The translations under genes and the position numbers were made by a program. Below are positions 37,884-47,821 of a stretch of 64,000 nucleotides of DNA, one piece after another; position 1 is the stretch's first letter; the number at the start of each line of letters is the position of its first letter. Location of the stretch: IMG/VR virus record IMGVR_UViG_2883187667_000001, positions 22,140 to 86,139 of that record; one strand, written 5' to 3'. A model generated the notes under the pieces. That model searched no databases. It saw only the letters and a program-made list of their open reading frames with translations, and was not told the DNA's origin. This stretch comes from a virus (lineage: Duplodnaviria; Caudoviricetes).

Positions 37884-38319
37884 CTAAATCCCAAGAAACG
37901 CCCTGATTTGCGCATCCAGCGCGTCGCGGTTTTTAAGCTGGCACTCCCAGATCACCAGCGCCTCCCAGCCCATCGTCTTCAGCGCGTCCAGCGCTCCGGC
38001 GTCGCGCGCCCGGTTTCGTGAGATTTTATTGGCCCAATAGTCGGCGTTTTCCTTGGGAGCGCGCGCGCCGCGTTTGCAGTCGTGCCCACGCCAAATCAGC
38101 CGCGCTGGGCATGTCGGTCGCCGCGAGGGTTTTGACATCGGCGGTTTTAAGCGCGCCCGCGCCCCAATTCAGCTCATAGCTACGGCTTTTTTTATAATCG
38201 AAGTCGTTGGCGAAAAGACATGTCCACTCCGGCCCCAGGCCGGCCCGCGCCATGCCGCCACCCGCGAAGAATTCATAAAACGTGTACTTTCCACGCCGTT
38301 TTGGTTGATAGCTGTTCAT
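37884..38319 (-). pseudogene. Deletion-fused remnant of a C5 DNA methyltransferase (N-terminus) and Vsr endonuclease (C-terminus)
   Basis: FYEFFAGGGMARAGLG...LFANDFD (motifs I-II) stops near 38090, where WRGHDCKRG...YWANKISRNRARD...VIWECQL (Vsr) begins in another frame. Confidence 0.8.
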
Positions 38320-38653
38320 GGATTGTATGATAGCGGCAATGCGTTAAAGTGCAACCGCGCTGTAAGGTTTGAGAGTAATCTTTGACTAAGAACTAATCAT
38401 ACGCTTACCGTGGTGCAACCGGCTGAAATCGCCAGCGTATACTACGCGCTGGAGCGAGCTGCCTATCGTGCGGGGGTAGCGGGCGGCGCGGCATACCCGG
38501 CCAGCCGTTCGCTCAGCGCAGAATAGACAGTCCGTACCAAATTGTCTTATGTTCGCGCTATATTGCGGTGGTTAAGCCAAACCGGCGGAATGTATCCAAT
38601 TGAGTGACAAGCCGCTTCTGGCCTGTACCTTTAGAATGTTAGGTTGGGTGTTT

Positions 38654-38872
38654 TTACTGTTGCGACGTTGCCCATTCTTTTACAAAAGCGGTCATCTTTG
38701 CTCTTGCCTCTGAATCTGTTTGCCCAAATACCTCGCCAAACTCATGCGATATTCTCTGTCTCTCACCACCCTGCATCACATACAAAGCCTGGACTTTCGC
38801 GGCATATTTGAAATCGCCTATCGGCCGTATTTTTTTCGTTGTCAGATACAGGTCATTTTCATCGATTTTCAT
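38654..38872 (-). CDS. Small AT-rich hypothetical protein
   Basis: 72 aa ORF with AGGT SD-like sequence; natural-looking composition. Confidence 0.55.
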   Translation of the reverse strand: MKIDENDLYLTTKKIRPIGDFKYAAKVQALYVMQGGERQRISHEFGEVFGQTDSEARAKMTAFVKEWATSQQ

Positions 38873-39097
38873 ATTTTTACCTATTGCTATGCGGCCTAGA
38901 CACCCAAAGTAAATTATGTAGTGATTTTACTATATAAAACCAGTATTTTTGATTGGATAAAATGAGCCAAAATATCTCGTGGCTATCGTGGCTACTCAGG
39001 CACGGCGCTGCTTACAGCGCGTCTTTCACTCCCCAACAACGACTGGCTTAACCACTTGCGTCTGTCGGGTGACGGACGATTCCACCTCCCAACAAAC

Positions 39098-39139
39098 CGG
39101 AAAACACAGGAAAGCCTCCAGCCACTCAATTGACAAAAT
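39098..39139 (+). promoter_or_regulatory. Putative late promoter (CGGAAAAC-N28-CAAAAT)
   Basis: 7-copy motif upstream of the portal gene. Confidence 0.65.
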
Positions 39140-39166
39140 AGCGCATGACCAAACAAATGCGCGCAC

Positions 39167-40699
39167 ATGGCCGAAAACCTTAAAACCAAGCTGATGAGCT
39201 TCGGCATGTCGGCGCGCCGCTTTGCCGCGTCGTTTTTGTCTCCGGCAAAGGAAATCACACAGGCCGATACCTGGATGTATGGCGCAGGTGCAACGACGGT
39301 TGCATCCCTGCTTACTTCCGGCAAGCGTCAAGCCAGAACGCGTCAGGTCATCTACCAGAAGTGGAGCGAGATGGAGGGAGACCCGCTGGTATCTTCGGCG
39401 CTCAAGCTTCAGGTGACATCCGCGCTAGGCGGGCATGAGACCAGCGGCAACACCGTATTCATCGAGAAAAACCCGAAAATCGGCGCGGACCAGCGCAAGG
39501 GGAAAATCGTCGAGGAAATTTCTAAGGATCTAACCCCGCTGCTGAACCGCATCGCCTTTACCATGGCGTACACCGGAGCGGCCTTCGGCGATGCCTACGC
39601 ACGCATCTACACGAACTCGAGCGGCGTCGTCGATATTTATACCGATGAAATGGTGCGCCCTCCCCTCGTCCAGCCGTTCGAGCGCGCCAGTAGGACAGTC
39701 GGGTTTGCGGTCTATGTCGGGGAGCGCAACTTCGAGCGCCTGGATATATCGCAACTGGCGCGCCTGAAAATGCCGCGCACTCAATGGGTGCCGCAGTACG
39801 GCGTGGTTGAAAAGTCCCTCCGGCTGGCGTTGACCGAGGACGATGTGGACAATCTGCCGGTCATGCCGTCTATGGTCGGCGGCTCCATGCTCTACAACGC
39901 AGAGCCCTCATACGACAACCTCATCGCCTCACTACTCGGGCTGGTTGGTCAGCGCTGGATTGATTCCATCGACGAGCAAATCCTGATGCCGAACCTGGAG
40001 TCCATGACGCGCGCCCAGCAAGAGCGCTTTGTTTCGTCGCTGAAATCAATGTTGCAAGCCTCCAAGGAGCGCGCGGAACGGGCGGTGCGCGATGGCATGC
40101 CGATCATGGAGCGCATCCGGCACATTATCCCGGTCTTCAACGAAAAACAGATGACCAGTCTGGCGCCGGCCAATGGCGGTGGCACAAACCGCACGGCCAG
40201 CATCAGCGTCGACGACGTATTGCTGCACGCCAAGATGATGGCCGGGGCGCTGGGAACCGATCTCGCCATGCTGGGCTTTGCCGACCAGTTGTCTGGCGGG
40301 CTGGGCGAAGGCGGCTTTTTCCGCGTGTCCGCGCAGGCGGCTGAAAACGCGCGCACCATGCGCAACGCCCTGGCTGAACTCTACAACGGCATCATCGACA
40401 TCCACACGCTGAAACGTTACGGCATGGTGTTTGGCGAGCATGAGCGCCCGTGGACCATCAATTTTTACGGTTCCATATCGGCGCTGGCGGCTGAACAGCA
40501 AAAGACGCGTAGCGACGCGATGAACGCCGGCATGATGCTGGTGCAGACGATGCAGGGGTTTAAGGACATGGGCGCGGATCAGGAAATGATGGAGGCATTT
40601 CTGTCGAAAACGCTGCTGGTCGATGAAGATCTGGCAAAACAGTATTCGGCGATCGTCAAAGCGCCCAATGCAAATGAACCGCCAAACAATCAGGAATAG
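39167..40699 (+). CDS. Portal protein (P1 Prt-like)
   Basis: 510 aa; IYQKWSEMEGDPLVSSAL, FGDAYARIY, LGFADQLSGGLGEGGFFR T4/P1 portal-like pattern. Confidence 0.75.
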   Translation: MAENLKTKLMSFGMSARRFAASFLSPAKEITQADTWMYGAGATTVASLLTSGKRQARTRQVIYQKWSEMEGDPLVSSALKLQVTSALGGHETSGNTVFIEKNPKIGADQRKGKIVEEISKDLTPLLNRIAFTMAYTGAAFGDAYARIYTNSSGVVDIYTDEMVRPPLVQPFERASRTVGFAVYVGERNFERLDISQLARLKMPRTQWVPQYGVVEKSLRLALTEDDVDNLPVMPSMVGGSMLYNAEPSYDNLIASLLGLVGQRWIDSIDEQILMPNLESMTRAQQERFVSSLKSMLQASKERAERAVRDGMPIMERIRHIIPVFNEKQMTSLAPANGGGTNRTASISVDDVLLHAKMMAGALGTDLAMLGFADQLSGGLGEGGFFRVSAQAAENARTMRNALAELYNGIIDIHTLKRYGMVFGEHERPWTINFYGSISALAAEQQKTRSDAMNAGMMLVQTMQGFKDMGADQEMMEAFLSKTLLVDEDLAKQYSAIVKAPNANEPPNNQE

Positions 40700-40714
40700 A
40701 TCCACGAGGTATTT

Positions 40715-41137
40715 ATGAATTGGAAAGCAGATATTGTCCGAGTAGTAACCGGCATTGAAGAACTTGCATCCGCCCAGGATGAGGCCGCAATACGGGAATC
40801 AGAACGCCGCAAGGTGTTTAACGAGCAACGGGATCATGCGCTGTTCGTATTGCGCAACGGTGCGAACGAGTTTTGTCGTGAAGCCAGGGTGACGGGCATT
40901 GATGCCTTCGTTAAAACCGAAGAAGACGGATTTTCGGTAACTGCAAACATCCGAAATGCCAGCGTTAAACTATTCGTGCTGGGTCGTGCGTCAAGTCAGG
41001 ACTGGCATGTATTTTACACGGCATCCATCAAGCCGCAGGCGGGCCGCAAAATTGATCTTCCAGCCACTTTTATTCAGGTGTTCGACGAAGTAACGATTCC
41101 CGAGTTGATGACGAAACTCCTGGATAAAACGCTGTAA
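40715..41137 (+). CDS. Hypothetical protein
   Basis: GAGG SD; lies inside the operon. Confidence 0.6.
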   Translation: MNWKADIVRVVTGIEELASAQDEAAIRESERRKVFNEQRDHALFVLRNGANEFCREARVTGIDAFVKTEEDGFSVTANIRNASVKLFVLGRASSQDWHVFYTASIKPQAGRKIDLPATFIQVFDEVTIPELMTKLLDKTL

Positions 41138-41142
41138 CGATC

Positions 41143-42042
41143 ATGAGCCTTTTTAACGAAATTGCATCGTCGCTGGCCCAGAGTACCGGCATCGGCGGCG
41201 CGCTATCGAGTCTTAACGCGCAGATTAACGCATTTACCGGCATGAATCCCGCCACTGCTGCGATGGCCGCGCAAGCGCGCGGCATGGCATCTACCGCGGT
41301 GGCGCAGTTGGCGAACAAATACACGCCGGCAGTGGTGAAGCGCATGGATGCGACAATGGGGGCAAGCGGTTACGGCGGATTGCTGGGCGGCGGGACCAAT
41401 TCAGGCAATGTGCTGGATGCGATGGGCGTCACCACCTATTCAGCCGTAAACGGACTATCGTCCGTGAACAGCCAAGCACCTGGGGCTATCAGCATTCGGG
41501 GTTTTGACGGCAACCCCAACCCGCTATTCGGCGGCATCAGCATGGCCGAAGCCCGGCAAATTTACCAGGAAGCGCAGTCAACCCGGTTCGCCAAGAAAAA
41601 CCTGTTCCTGATTGACGTGTCCAGCAGGCTCAAGGGCAGTATTTCCAACTTCAACCTGTTCGTTACCGACATCGAATACGCGCCGTTCACCATCACCGGG
41701 GAAAAACGCCGGGTGGGATCGTCGGTGCTGGACAGCGTGCAATCGGGCGAACCGGTCGAGCTGCGCATTACCACGATGGACGATCAGGCGGGGACGCTGA
41801 AAAACTGGTTTCAGGCGCACTGCATGGCCGCTGTTGCGCTGGACGGAACCGTGGGGCTGCCGGAGCAGTACGCCATTAAGATCGTGATTACCCATGCGTT
41901 CATCAAGCCTGCATCCGGGGCGTATACCGACACTGGGCTTTACCGGCCCGCCAACATAGAATTCAGTCTATCGCGTAGGGAAGACGCCCTGCAGGAGATT
42001 CAAATGTCATTTTCTCAGCTCGATACATTCATGGCGCCCTAA
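41143..42042 (+). CDS. Tube-like baseplate protein (P1 Tub-like)
   Basis: C-terminal tube-fold pattern KKNLFLIDV...FVTDIEY...LKNWF; upstream of the tape measure gene. Confidence 0.5.
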   Translation: MSLFNEIASSLAQSTGIGGALSSLNAQINAFTGMNPATAAMAAQARGMASTAVAQLANKYTPAVVKRMDATMGASGYGGLLGGGTNSGNVLDAMGVTTYSAVNGLSSVNSQAPGAISIRGFDGNPNPLFGGISMAEARQIYQEAQSTRFAKKNLFLIDVSSRLKGSISNFNLFVTDIEYAPFTITGEKRRVGSSVLDSVQSGEPVELRITTMDDQAGTLKNWFQAHCMAAVALDGTVGLPEQYAIKIVITHAFIKPASGAYTDTGLYRPANIEFSLSRREDALQEIQMSFSQLDTFMAP

Positions 42043-42044
42043 CT

Positions 42045-45000
42045 ATGAGCAAACTAAACCACGACGCAGCTGGCTTTCTGATTGGCGACAAAATTGATCT
42101 TGGCAAGGAAATAGCGCTGCTTGAACGCATTCGGGCGGATGTGAGCGCGATACGCGCGGCCTTCACCGGGGTAAAACCTTCGGCAACCGAAGCGGCGGCA
42201 AACAAGCTGTCACGACAGCAAAGCAACCTGACGCATATAGCGGAACCGCGCGCGCGGGGTGACGATGGCCGCTTTATTCGGAAACAGCCCGCCGCCGAGC
42301 CGAAAGGTCGAAGCGATACGAAAGGCGTTTCTGTCGTCATCAACCAGCCCGCCGACGCGAAGCCCAATAAAAAATATGATGTGTGGCCGCAACTGCAACC
42401 GTCGGTATCCACAAAACCACGGCGCGATAAAAGCGGTCGGTTTGCCGCGCAAAACAATGGCGACGGCGGAAGTAATCCTCGCGAGCCAAAGGAAACCCCA
42501 AAAGACCGCGCGCTACTCGCCAAGCTGGCCGAACGCGTCACCGATACCGCGCGGAACAGCGTCCAGGGCATGGGCGATGTTGATCCCACCCTGAAGGCTC
42601 TCGGCGAAGTCGCCGAACCGCTAGGGCGCGGATTCAAGAGCATAACCGGCATCGGCGAAGGCAAGGATAAGTCCAAGGAAGGCTGGTTCAGGAAAATCTT
42701 TGGCGCGCTGCAGGGACTTCGCAGCGAAGACTCGGCATTCAACAAAGCCGCAAAGAAAAGCCTGAAGGCGATAGAAGACAAGCCGATTGCGGAAGGCGGC
42801 GGCAACGGCGGCGGTTTGTTTAGACTGATCGGCGGACTGCTGAGCAAAATACCCGGCATAGGCCTGGCTGGCCGTTTACTGGGCGGGGCCGGAACCGCTG
42901 TTGCCGGTGGAGCCCTGAGAGCCGCTGGCGGCATGGCGCGCGGCGCGGCAAAAGTTGCGGGCAATGTCATCAATAAAATTCCCGGCGTAGAAAGGCTTAA
43001 AAGGGCTATCGGCGTCAGCACAAGCGATGCAGTGGACGCATCAGCCGGAACTGCGGCTAAGTCCACCAAGGGCGCGCCCTCCGTTGCCAAGTCAGCGAGC
43101 AAGTTTGGCGTCAAGTCGCTGGGTAAAGGCTTGCTTAAACGCATTCCGATCATCGGCGCGCTGGCGGGTCTTGGCATGGCGGCGTCCGATATCTACGCCA
43201 ACGAAAACGATCCTGAGAAGACCCCGGAACAAAAGCGGGAGGATAACTTCAAGGCTGGCGGGTCTGCTGTTGGCGGCATGATCGGCGGTGCTATAGGCAT
43301 GATCGGCGGCCCGCTTGGAGCTGTAGTCGGCAGCATGATTGGCGACCAAGTGGGCGGCATGATCGGCGGTTGGTTGTCTACCTTCAGTTGGTCCGCGATA
43401 GGCGACCAAATCACATCTACATGGACAAGTTCAGTTGAAAACCTTAAAGGCGTATGGACAACGGTAACCGATGGCGTTTCAACCTGGTTCAAAGAGAACT
43501 TCGGCGGCGCTGTCGAGCGTATCAAGGAGGTTTTCGGTAGTGTTAAAAACGCTTGGGACGGCATCACCGAGCAAGCGGGAAAAACCTTTGACTCCTTCAG
43601 CAATTTGCTCAAGGACAAATTCGGCATTGATGTAAAGAAAATTACCGCAGATATTACGGAGGGTGTTGTCAATGCGGTTGAAGGCACCAAAGAGTTCATG
43701 GACAGAACCGTGGATTGGGGTAAGGATGCAGCCTACGAAGGCAGGAAAAAAGTTAGTCAACTGCGGTTTAATGATGTCGATGCCGCCTTAAAGATGGATG
43801 CTGGAGGAGATACCATAACCGGACTTTCAGATTCCCAGACCAGGGCGTTTGCCGCCAACACCATGAAAAGTGAAAGCGGTGGTGACCAAAGAGCGGTGAA
43901 TCAGTTTGGTTTCTCTGGGCAATATCAATTTGGAGCCGAGGCCTTGGCCGAAGAAGGGTTGATTGATGAAAAAAAGATGCACGCGGCCAGAAACAGCATG
44001 TCTTCTGCTGAGTGGTGGAAAGGCGGCGGTCATAAACGGTTTCTAGCCGATAATTCAAACTGGACAATAGCGGGTGGACAAGAAGCGTTCTTGGCCGACA
44101 AACAGCTCCAAGACAAAGCGTTTATATCATTTACAAATAAAAATATTGCTAGGGGGATTGATGCTGGAGCCATATCAAAAAACTCCAGTCCCGAAATGAT
44201 CGCAGCTTACGCCAAAGCAGCCCACCTTAAAGGCGCTGGCGGGGCAAACAAGCTGTTCCTTGATGGAAAAAACTCGGTAGATGCAAATGGCACATCCGCC
44301 AAGACATACGCCAATGAAGGAGCCGCAGCCATGCGCGAGCTTGCTGGAAAGGTTGAATCAGCAAAAGCCAGCCAAGCTGCGGCCGCACAAAAAAAAGCAG
44401 CGGACGCAAAAGCCAATGCATCCGACGTACCAACCATGGCCGACGTGTATCAAGCTGATCCCAAGACGCCACCTACCAATACGCCGCAACAATCGACGGA
44501 TGCAAAAAAATCAGCAGATGCAGCGGCCAACACATCCGACGTTCCTACCATGGCTGACGTGTATCAAGCTGATCCCAAGACGCCACCTACCAATACGCCG
44601 CAACAATCGACGGATGCAAAAAAATCAGCAGATGCAGCGGCCAACACATCCGACGTTCCTACCATGGCTGACGTGTATCAAGCTGATCCCAAGACGCCAC
44701 CTACCAATACGCCGCAACAATCGACGGATGCAAAAAAATCAGCAGATGCAGCGGCCAACACATCCGACGTTCCTACCATGGCTGACGTGTATCGGGCAGC
44801 ACCAGCGCCCCAGCAGATGCCTTTCATCAACAATAAGCCCTCCCTGCCCGTCGTCAATGTGTCGGCGCGAATGCCATCCGCTCCGGCCATGCCACCTATC
44901 CCTACCCCCAATCCATCGCCGGAAATTCAAATACCGCTGACGGGCTTCGGCGAGAACAGGAACATCACGGTAGTGGCCCCGCCCGCCGAGGTCGGGCAAG

Positions 45001-45056
45001 ACCTGAGTGATCGGCGTATTGCGCACATCGTCACGGGCGGGTATGGCAGGTATTAA
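42045..45056 (+). CDS. Tape measure protein with a lysozyme-like domain (P1 Sit-like)
   Basis: Gly/Ala-rich and W/F-periodic regions, TM-like GGxxGG stretch; KSESGG...AVNQFGFSGQYQFG muralytic motif. Confidence 0.8.
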   Translation: MSKLNHDAAGFLIGDKIDLGKEIALLERIRADVSAIRAAFTGVKPSATEAAANKLSRQQSNLTHIAEPRARGDDGRFIRKQPAAEPKGRSDTKGVSVVINQPADAKPNKKYDVWPQLQPSVSTKPRRDKSGRFAAQNNGDGGSNPREPKETPKDRALLAKLAERVTDTARNSVQGMGDVDPTLKALGEVAEPLGRGFKSITGIGEGKDKSKEGWFRKIFGALQGLRSEDSAFNKAAKKSLKAIEDKPIAEGGGNGGGLFRLIGGLLSKIPGIGLAGRLLGGAGTAVAGGALRAAGGMARGAAKVAGNVINKIPGVERLKRAIGVSTSDAVDASAGTAAKSTKGAPSVAKSASKFGVKSLGKGLLKRIPIIGALAGLGMAASDIYANENDPEKTPEQKREDNFKAGGSAVGGMIGGAIGMIGGPLGAVVGSMIGDQVGGMIGGWLSTFSWSAIGDQITSTWTSSVENLKGVWTTVTDGVSTWFKENFGGAVERIKEVFGSVKNAWDGITEQAGKTFDSFSNLLKDKFGIDVKKITADITEGVVNAVEGTKEFMDRTVDWGKDAAYEGRKKVSQLRFNDVDAALKMDAGGDTITGLSDSQTRAFAANTMKSESGGDQRAVNQFGFSGQYQFGAEALAEEGLIDEKKMHAARNSMSSAEWWKGGGHKRFLADNSNWTIAGGQEAFLADKQLQDKAFISFTNKNIARGIDAGAISKNSSPEMIAAYAKAAHLKGAGGANKLFLDGKNSVDANGTSAKTYANEGAAAMRELAGKVESAKASQAAAAQKKAADAKANASDVPTMADVYQADPKTPPTNTPQQSTDAKKSADAAANTSDVPTMADVYQADPKTPPTNTPQQSTDAKKSADAAANTSDVPTMADVYQADPKTPPTNTPQQSTDAKKSADAAANTSDVPTMADVYRAAPAPQQMPFINNKPSLPVVNVSARMPSAPAMPPIPTPNPSPEIQIPLTGFGENRNITVVAPPAEVGQDLSDRRIAHIVTGGYGRY
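44420..44793 (+). repeat. 114-bp in-frame tandem repeat, about 3.3 copies
   Basis: TCCGACGT recurs at 44421, 44535, 44649 and 44763; 38-aa unit SDVPTMADVYQADPKTPPTNTPQQSTDAKKSADAAANT. Confidence 0.95.
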
Positions 45057-45160
45057 CCGTGTATAGCTGTGCCCCGATAGTTGCGCCCATCAATTTTTGA
45101 TACACTCAACGTGGGAATCGATTATTCTATACTACAAGACGATAACAACAAAAAACTCAG

Positions 45161-45727
45161 GTGGACACAATGTTCAGCGAACGAAAAGCGGCGCAAATGG
45201 CGGCGTATTTCCTAGCAAAATCGCCAGACCGAAAGATGCCGCACCTTAAGCTCATGAAGATGCTGTACCTTGCTGACCGGGAGTCTATCCTGCGTAGCGG
45301 CTTCCCTATTACCGGTGATCACTTTGTTTCCATGCCACATGGTCCTGTGCTATCCATGACGCTAAATCACATGGATGGCGATGTTGAGTCATGCCCGGGC
45401 GGGTGGGAAGAATGGATTTCAGATAAAGAGAATAACGAGCTGTCACTGCGGAAGGCATTCGAAAATGATGACCTTGATGAGCTATCTGAGGCCAATATCG
45501 AGATACTGTCTTCAATATGGGACACGTTTGGCTCCATGGGGAAATGGGAGATTCGCGACTGGACGCACGATAATTGTAAGGAGTGGGTGGACCCGCACGG
45601 GTCATCTAACCCTATAACTTACAAAAGTGTTGCCGTTGCCCTCGGGTTTAGCAGTGAAGCGGCCAGTAATCTCGATTCGCGCATACGAGATGAAATCGAA
45701 ATAGAAGGTATTTTTGCGGCTCTATGA
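45161..45727 (+). CDS. Panacea (DUF4065) antitoxin
   Basis: LKLMKMLYLADR...ITGD...MPHGPV...WTH...EW. Confidence 0.85.
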   Translation: MDTMFSERKAAQMAAYFLAKSPDRKMPHLKLMKMLYLADRESILRSGFPITGDHFVSMPHGPVLSMTLNHMDGDVESCPGGWEEWISDKENNELSLRKAFENDDLDELSEANIEILSSIWDTFGSMGKWEIRDWTHDNCKEWVDPHGSSNPITYKSVAVALGFSSEAASNLDSRIRDEIEIEGIFAAL

Positions 45728-46167
45728 AGCTGTTTCTGCCGCTCAAAAAAGCAACGATCCTCGTGCCTTCTGGTCCCGTTCACGACATAAATCGCAAGCA
45801 TCTTTTTGTTATCCTGGCGAATCACCCAACCGGCGACACCCCTGAAAGCAGTGTTTTACTGGTGTCGGTATCCAGCATAAAACCGGAAATACCTTACGAC
45901 AACGCTTGCGTTCTCAGACCGGGAGACCATCCATTTATAAAGCACGATAGCTTTGTGGTGTATGCCCGAGCACGAATTGAAAATACCAACGCAATACTCC
46001 GTGGCGTCAACGATGGCAAGCTTATACCCCAAGAGCCCATGAGCCAACCGGTTTTCGACAGAATTTGCACAGGCTTAACGGTATCGATTCATACGCCGCG
46101 AAATATCAGAGATTTTTTCGAGGTACTTAACAAGCGCGCTGTAACAAGCACTCGTATTATCTCGTAA
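45724..46167 (+). CDS. Putative toxin partner of Panacea (PemK/MazF-like)
   Basis: ATGA coupled; KHLFVIL...LVSVSS...GDHPFIKHDSFVVY. Confidence 0.55.
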   Translation: MKLFLPLKKATILVPSGPVHDINRKHLFVILANHPTGDTPESSVLLVSVSSIKPEIPYDNACVLRPGDHPFIKHDSFVVYARARIENTNAILRGVNDGKLIPQEPMSQPVFDRICTGLTVSIHTPRNIRDFFEVLNKRAVTSTRIIS

Positions 46168-46219
46168 TCCGTAGTTTTCATTTTTTAATAGCCGCGTCCC
46201 TGCGGCTGGATTACCCGAT

Positions 46220-47284
46220 TCACCAAGCCTTGCTCAACTCATCCGCGCAGAAACCCCGCGCCTTTTCCCGGTACTGAGGCGACAGGTTCATGGTGCGCAG
46301 AAACGTCGCCATCAGCGCGGGCATGGTGGCGATGCCTTCGGATATGGAAGTCAAGCCCAAGGTAGACAGGTATTCGTCCACCAGCTCTCGCGTTAGCGGC
46401 TGGATGTTGCTCTGGCCGTTTTCGATGGTCAGCAGGTAGTGATTACGTCCGGCAGCCGAAGGGAGAACCCTACCCAGTAACCGCTCCCCTATTGTCTGGA
46501 GTATGCGCGCAGCGGCATACTGCACGCGCCTGATTGATCCCAACTCGATATCCCTGCAATGCGCCCATAGGGTTTCGCTCGGCAGCAGTATCAACTCAAT
46601 CGCCATTTGGTCTTGCGGGCTGGCATTGCAGTAATGCTCGAATAGGGATTGTTTGAGGGAGACGTCCGGGGTTGCTTCCTCGGCCGGAATAAACTCACCT
46701 TCCAGCGGCAACCGAGCGACCAGAGAGCAAACATCGGTAAACGACTCGGCGGGAACCTCTTTGTAGCTGCATCCGAACTTGGACTTGATCGACGACCAGC
46801 ACTTGATGGCGGCCTTGGCGTGTTTGTCTTGCGGCAGTTCGGCAACGCGGGATTTTACCAGCGCCTTGATGACGTCCTGCTGGTCGGGCGTCAGGCAGCC
46901 GGGTAGCGCCTTCTTGGTTTTGGGCTCGCGCTTCGCCTGCCCTTTCGTCCAGTAATCCCAAAGCGCGTCATCGCACTCGTTCTGGTACATGATGATGGTG
47001 TCGCGCAGCTCGGGGCGCACTTTGTTCGGGCTGATGGTGGCGAGCCAGCCGGCGAGTTTGCGGAGGGGCATACAAATCATCTTTTGAAGACCGCCAAGGG
47101 AAGGTATAACGATTTCCGTTATACCCCACCTCGCTTCATTGCCGCGCAGCTTTGCAAGCTGGGATTGCCAAGCAAGGCCCATACCTTCGACGATGGTTTT
47201 CATCGGCGTAAAAGGCTGATTCTCGTGGTCAATGACAAATAATTCTGTACCGTGGAAACTGACAGTTAGTGGTTGTGCAGTCAT
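46220..47284 (-). CDS. ant: Phage antirepressor (P22 Ant N-terminal domain)
   Basis: VSFHGTELF...PMKTIVEGMGLAWQSQ...LPLRKL-type motif (MPLRKLAGWLATISPNKV)...YQNECDDALWDYWTKG. Confidence 0.9.
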   Translation of the reverse strand: MTAQPLTVSFHGTELFVIDHENQPFTPMKTIVEGMGLAWQSQLAKLRGNEARWGITEIVIPSLGGLQKMICMPLRKLAGWLATISPNKVRPELRDTIIMYQNECDDALWDYWTKGQAKREPKTKKALPGCLTPDQQDVIKALVKSRVAELPQDKHAKAAIKCWSSIKSKFGCSYKEVPAESFTDVCSLVARLPLEGEFIPAEEATPDVSLKQSLFEHYCNASPQDQMAIELILLPSETLWAHCRDIELGSIRRVQYAAARILQTIGERLLGRVLPSAAGRNHYLLTIENGQSNIQPLTRELVDEYLSTLGLTSISEGIATMPALMATFLRTMNLSPQYREKARGFCADELSKAW

Positions 47285-47324
47285 GGCTTTGCTCCTGATA
47301 GTTTAGTAAATATCGCCAATATGA

Positions 47325-47410
47325 GGGCGAGCGGGACTCAACTACCGCTATCAGGCGGCGGGCATATTCCCCTTGCGGGTCTTGTATTTTGGCCTCTCAT
47401 CCCGCCCATA
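47325..47410 (-). ncRNA. C4-type antisense RNA (P1 immI-like)
   Basis: Minus strand GGGCGGGATGAGAGG...AATACAAGACCCGCAAGGGGAATATGCCCGCCGCCTGATAGCGGTAGTTGAGTCCCG; CTGATAG is complementary to CTATCAG sites upstream and over the ant SD. Confidence 0.75.
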
Positions 47411-47425
47411 GATAAATTTTGGGCG

Positions 47426-47454
47426 AAAAAAAACCGCTAGGCTGTCGGGTGCGG
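47426..47454 (-). terminator. Attenuator-type terminator in the ant leader
   Basis: Minus strand CCGC...GCGG followed by TTTTTTTT. Confidence 0.5.
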
Positions 47455-47482
47455 AAGGCCGCTGATAGGAAGTAGTGAGGGA

Positions 47483-47529
47483 AGCCTACACCCGAAAGAT
47501 TGCGAATGTCAAGCTGTCAATTTCGACAG
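47483..47529 (-). promoter_or_regulatory. ant operon promoter with adjacent CTGT-N8-ACAG box
   Basis: Minus strand TTGACA-N18-TAGGCT; CTGTCAATTTCGACAG at 47514-47529. Confidence 0.55.
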
Positions 47530-47591
47530 GTTACGCTCCCTCAAGCGCTTGATAAAATGCGAACCTCCGCGCGAAAACAGCATTAACTTCT

Positions 47592-47819
47592 ATGCGAAAA
47601 TCTTTTATTCAGAGCGTACTGTCCACCAAAAGGCAGCGGCAACGTTACTACTATTTCAGAAATGGCGCTGCTGGCCTTTGTGGCGTTGCCGCATACGCAC
47701 ATCTGGGTGGTGGTGGACTGGGCGCTTCCCTTGGGATTGCTGCAGCCATATTATCTTATTTAACTATAGCCCCCATTATCGCTTTCTTAATTTGTTTATT
47801 TGAACAAATGAGCTCATAG
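47592..47819 (+). CDS. Small membrane protein
   Basis: Two hydrophobic segments; first of three tightly packed ORFs. Confidence 0.45.
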   Translation: MRKSFIQSVLSTKRQRQRYYYFRNGAAGLCGVAAYAHLGGGGLGASLGIAAAILSYLTIAPIIAFLICLFEQMSS

Positions 47820-47821
47820 AA

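Noticed and set aside
38928-38945. LexA box TACTATATAAAACCAGTA
   Set aside because: Two bases short of CTG-N10-CAG; at best degenerate
44420-44793. Possible CRISPR array
   Set aside because: Units are wholly repeated and in frame within the TMP; no unique spacers or cas genes
44281-44940. 219-aa alternative-frame ORF in the TMP
   Set aside because: Open only because the 114-bp repeat lacks stops in that frame
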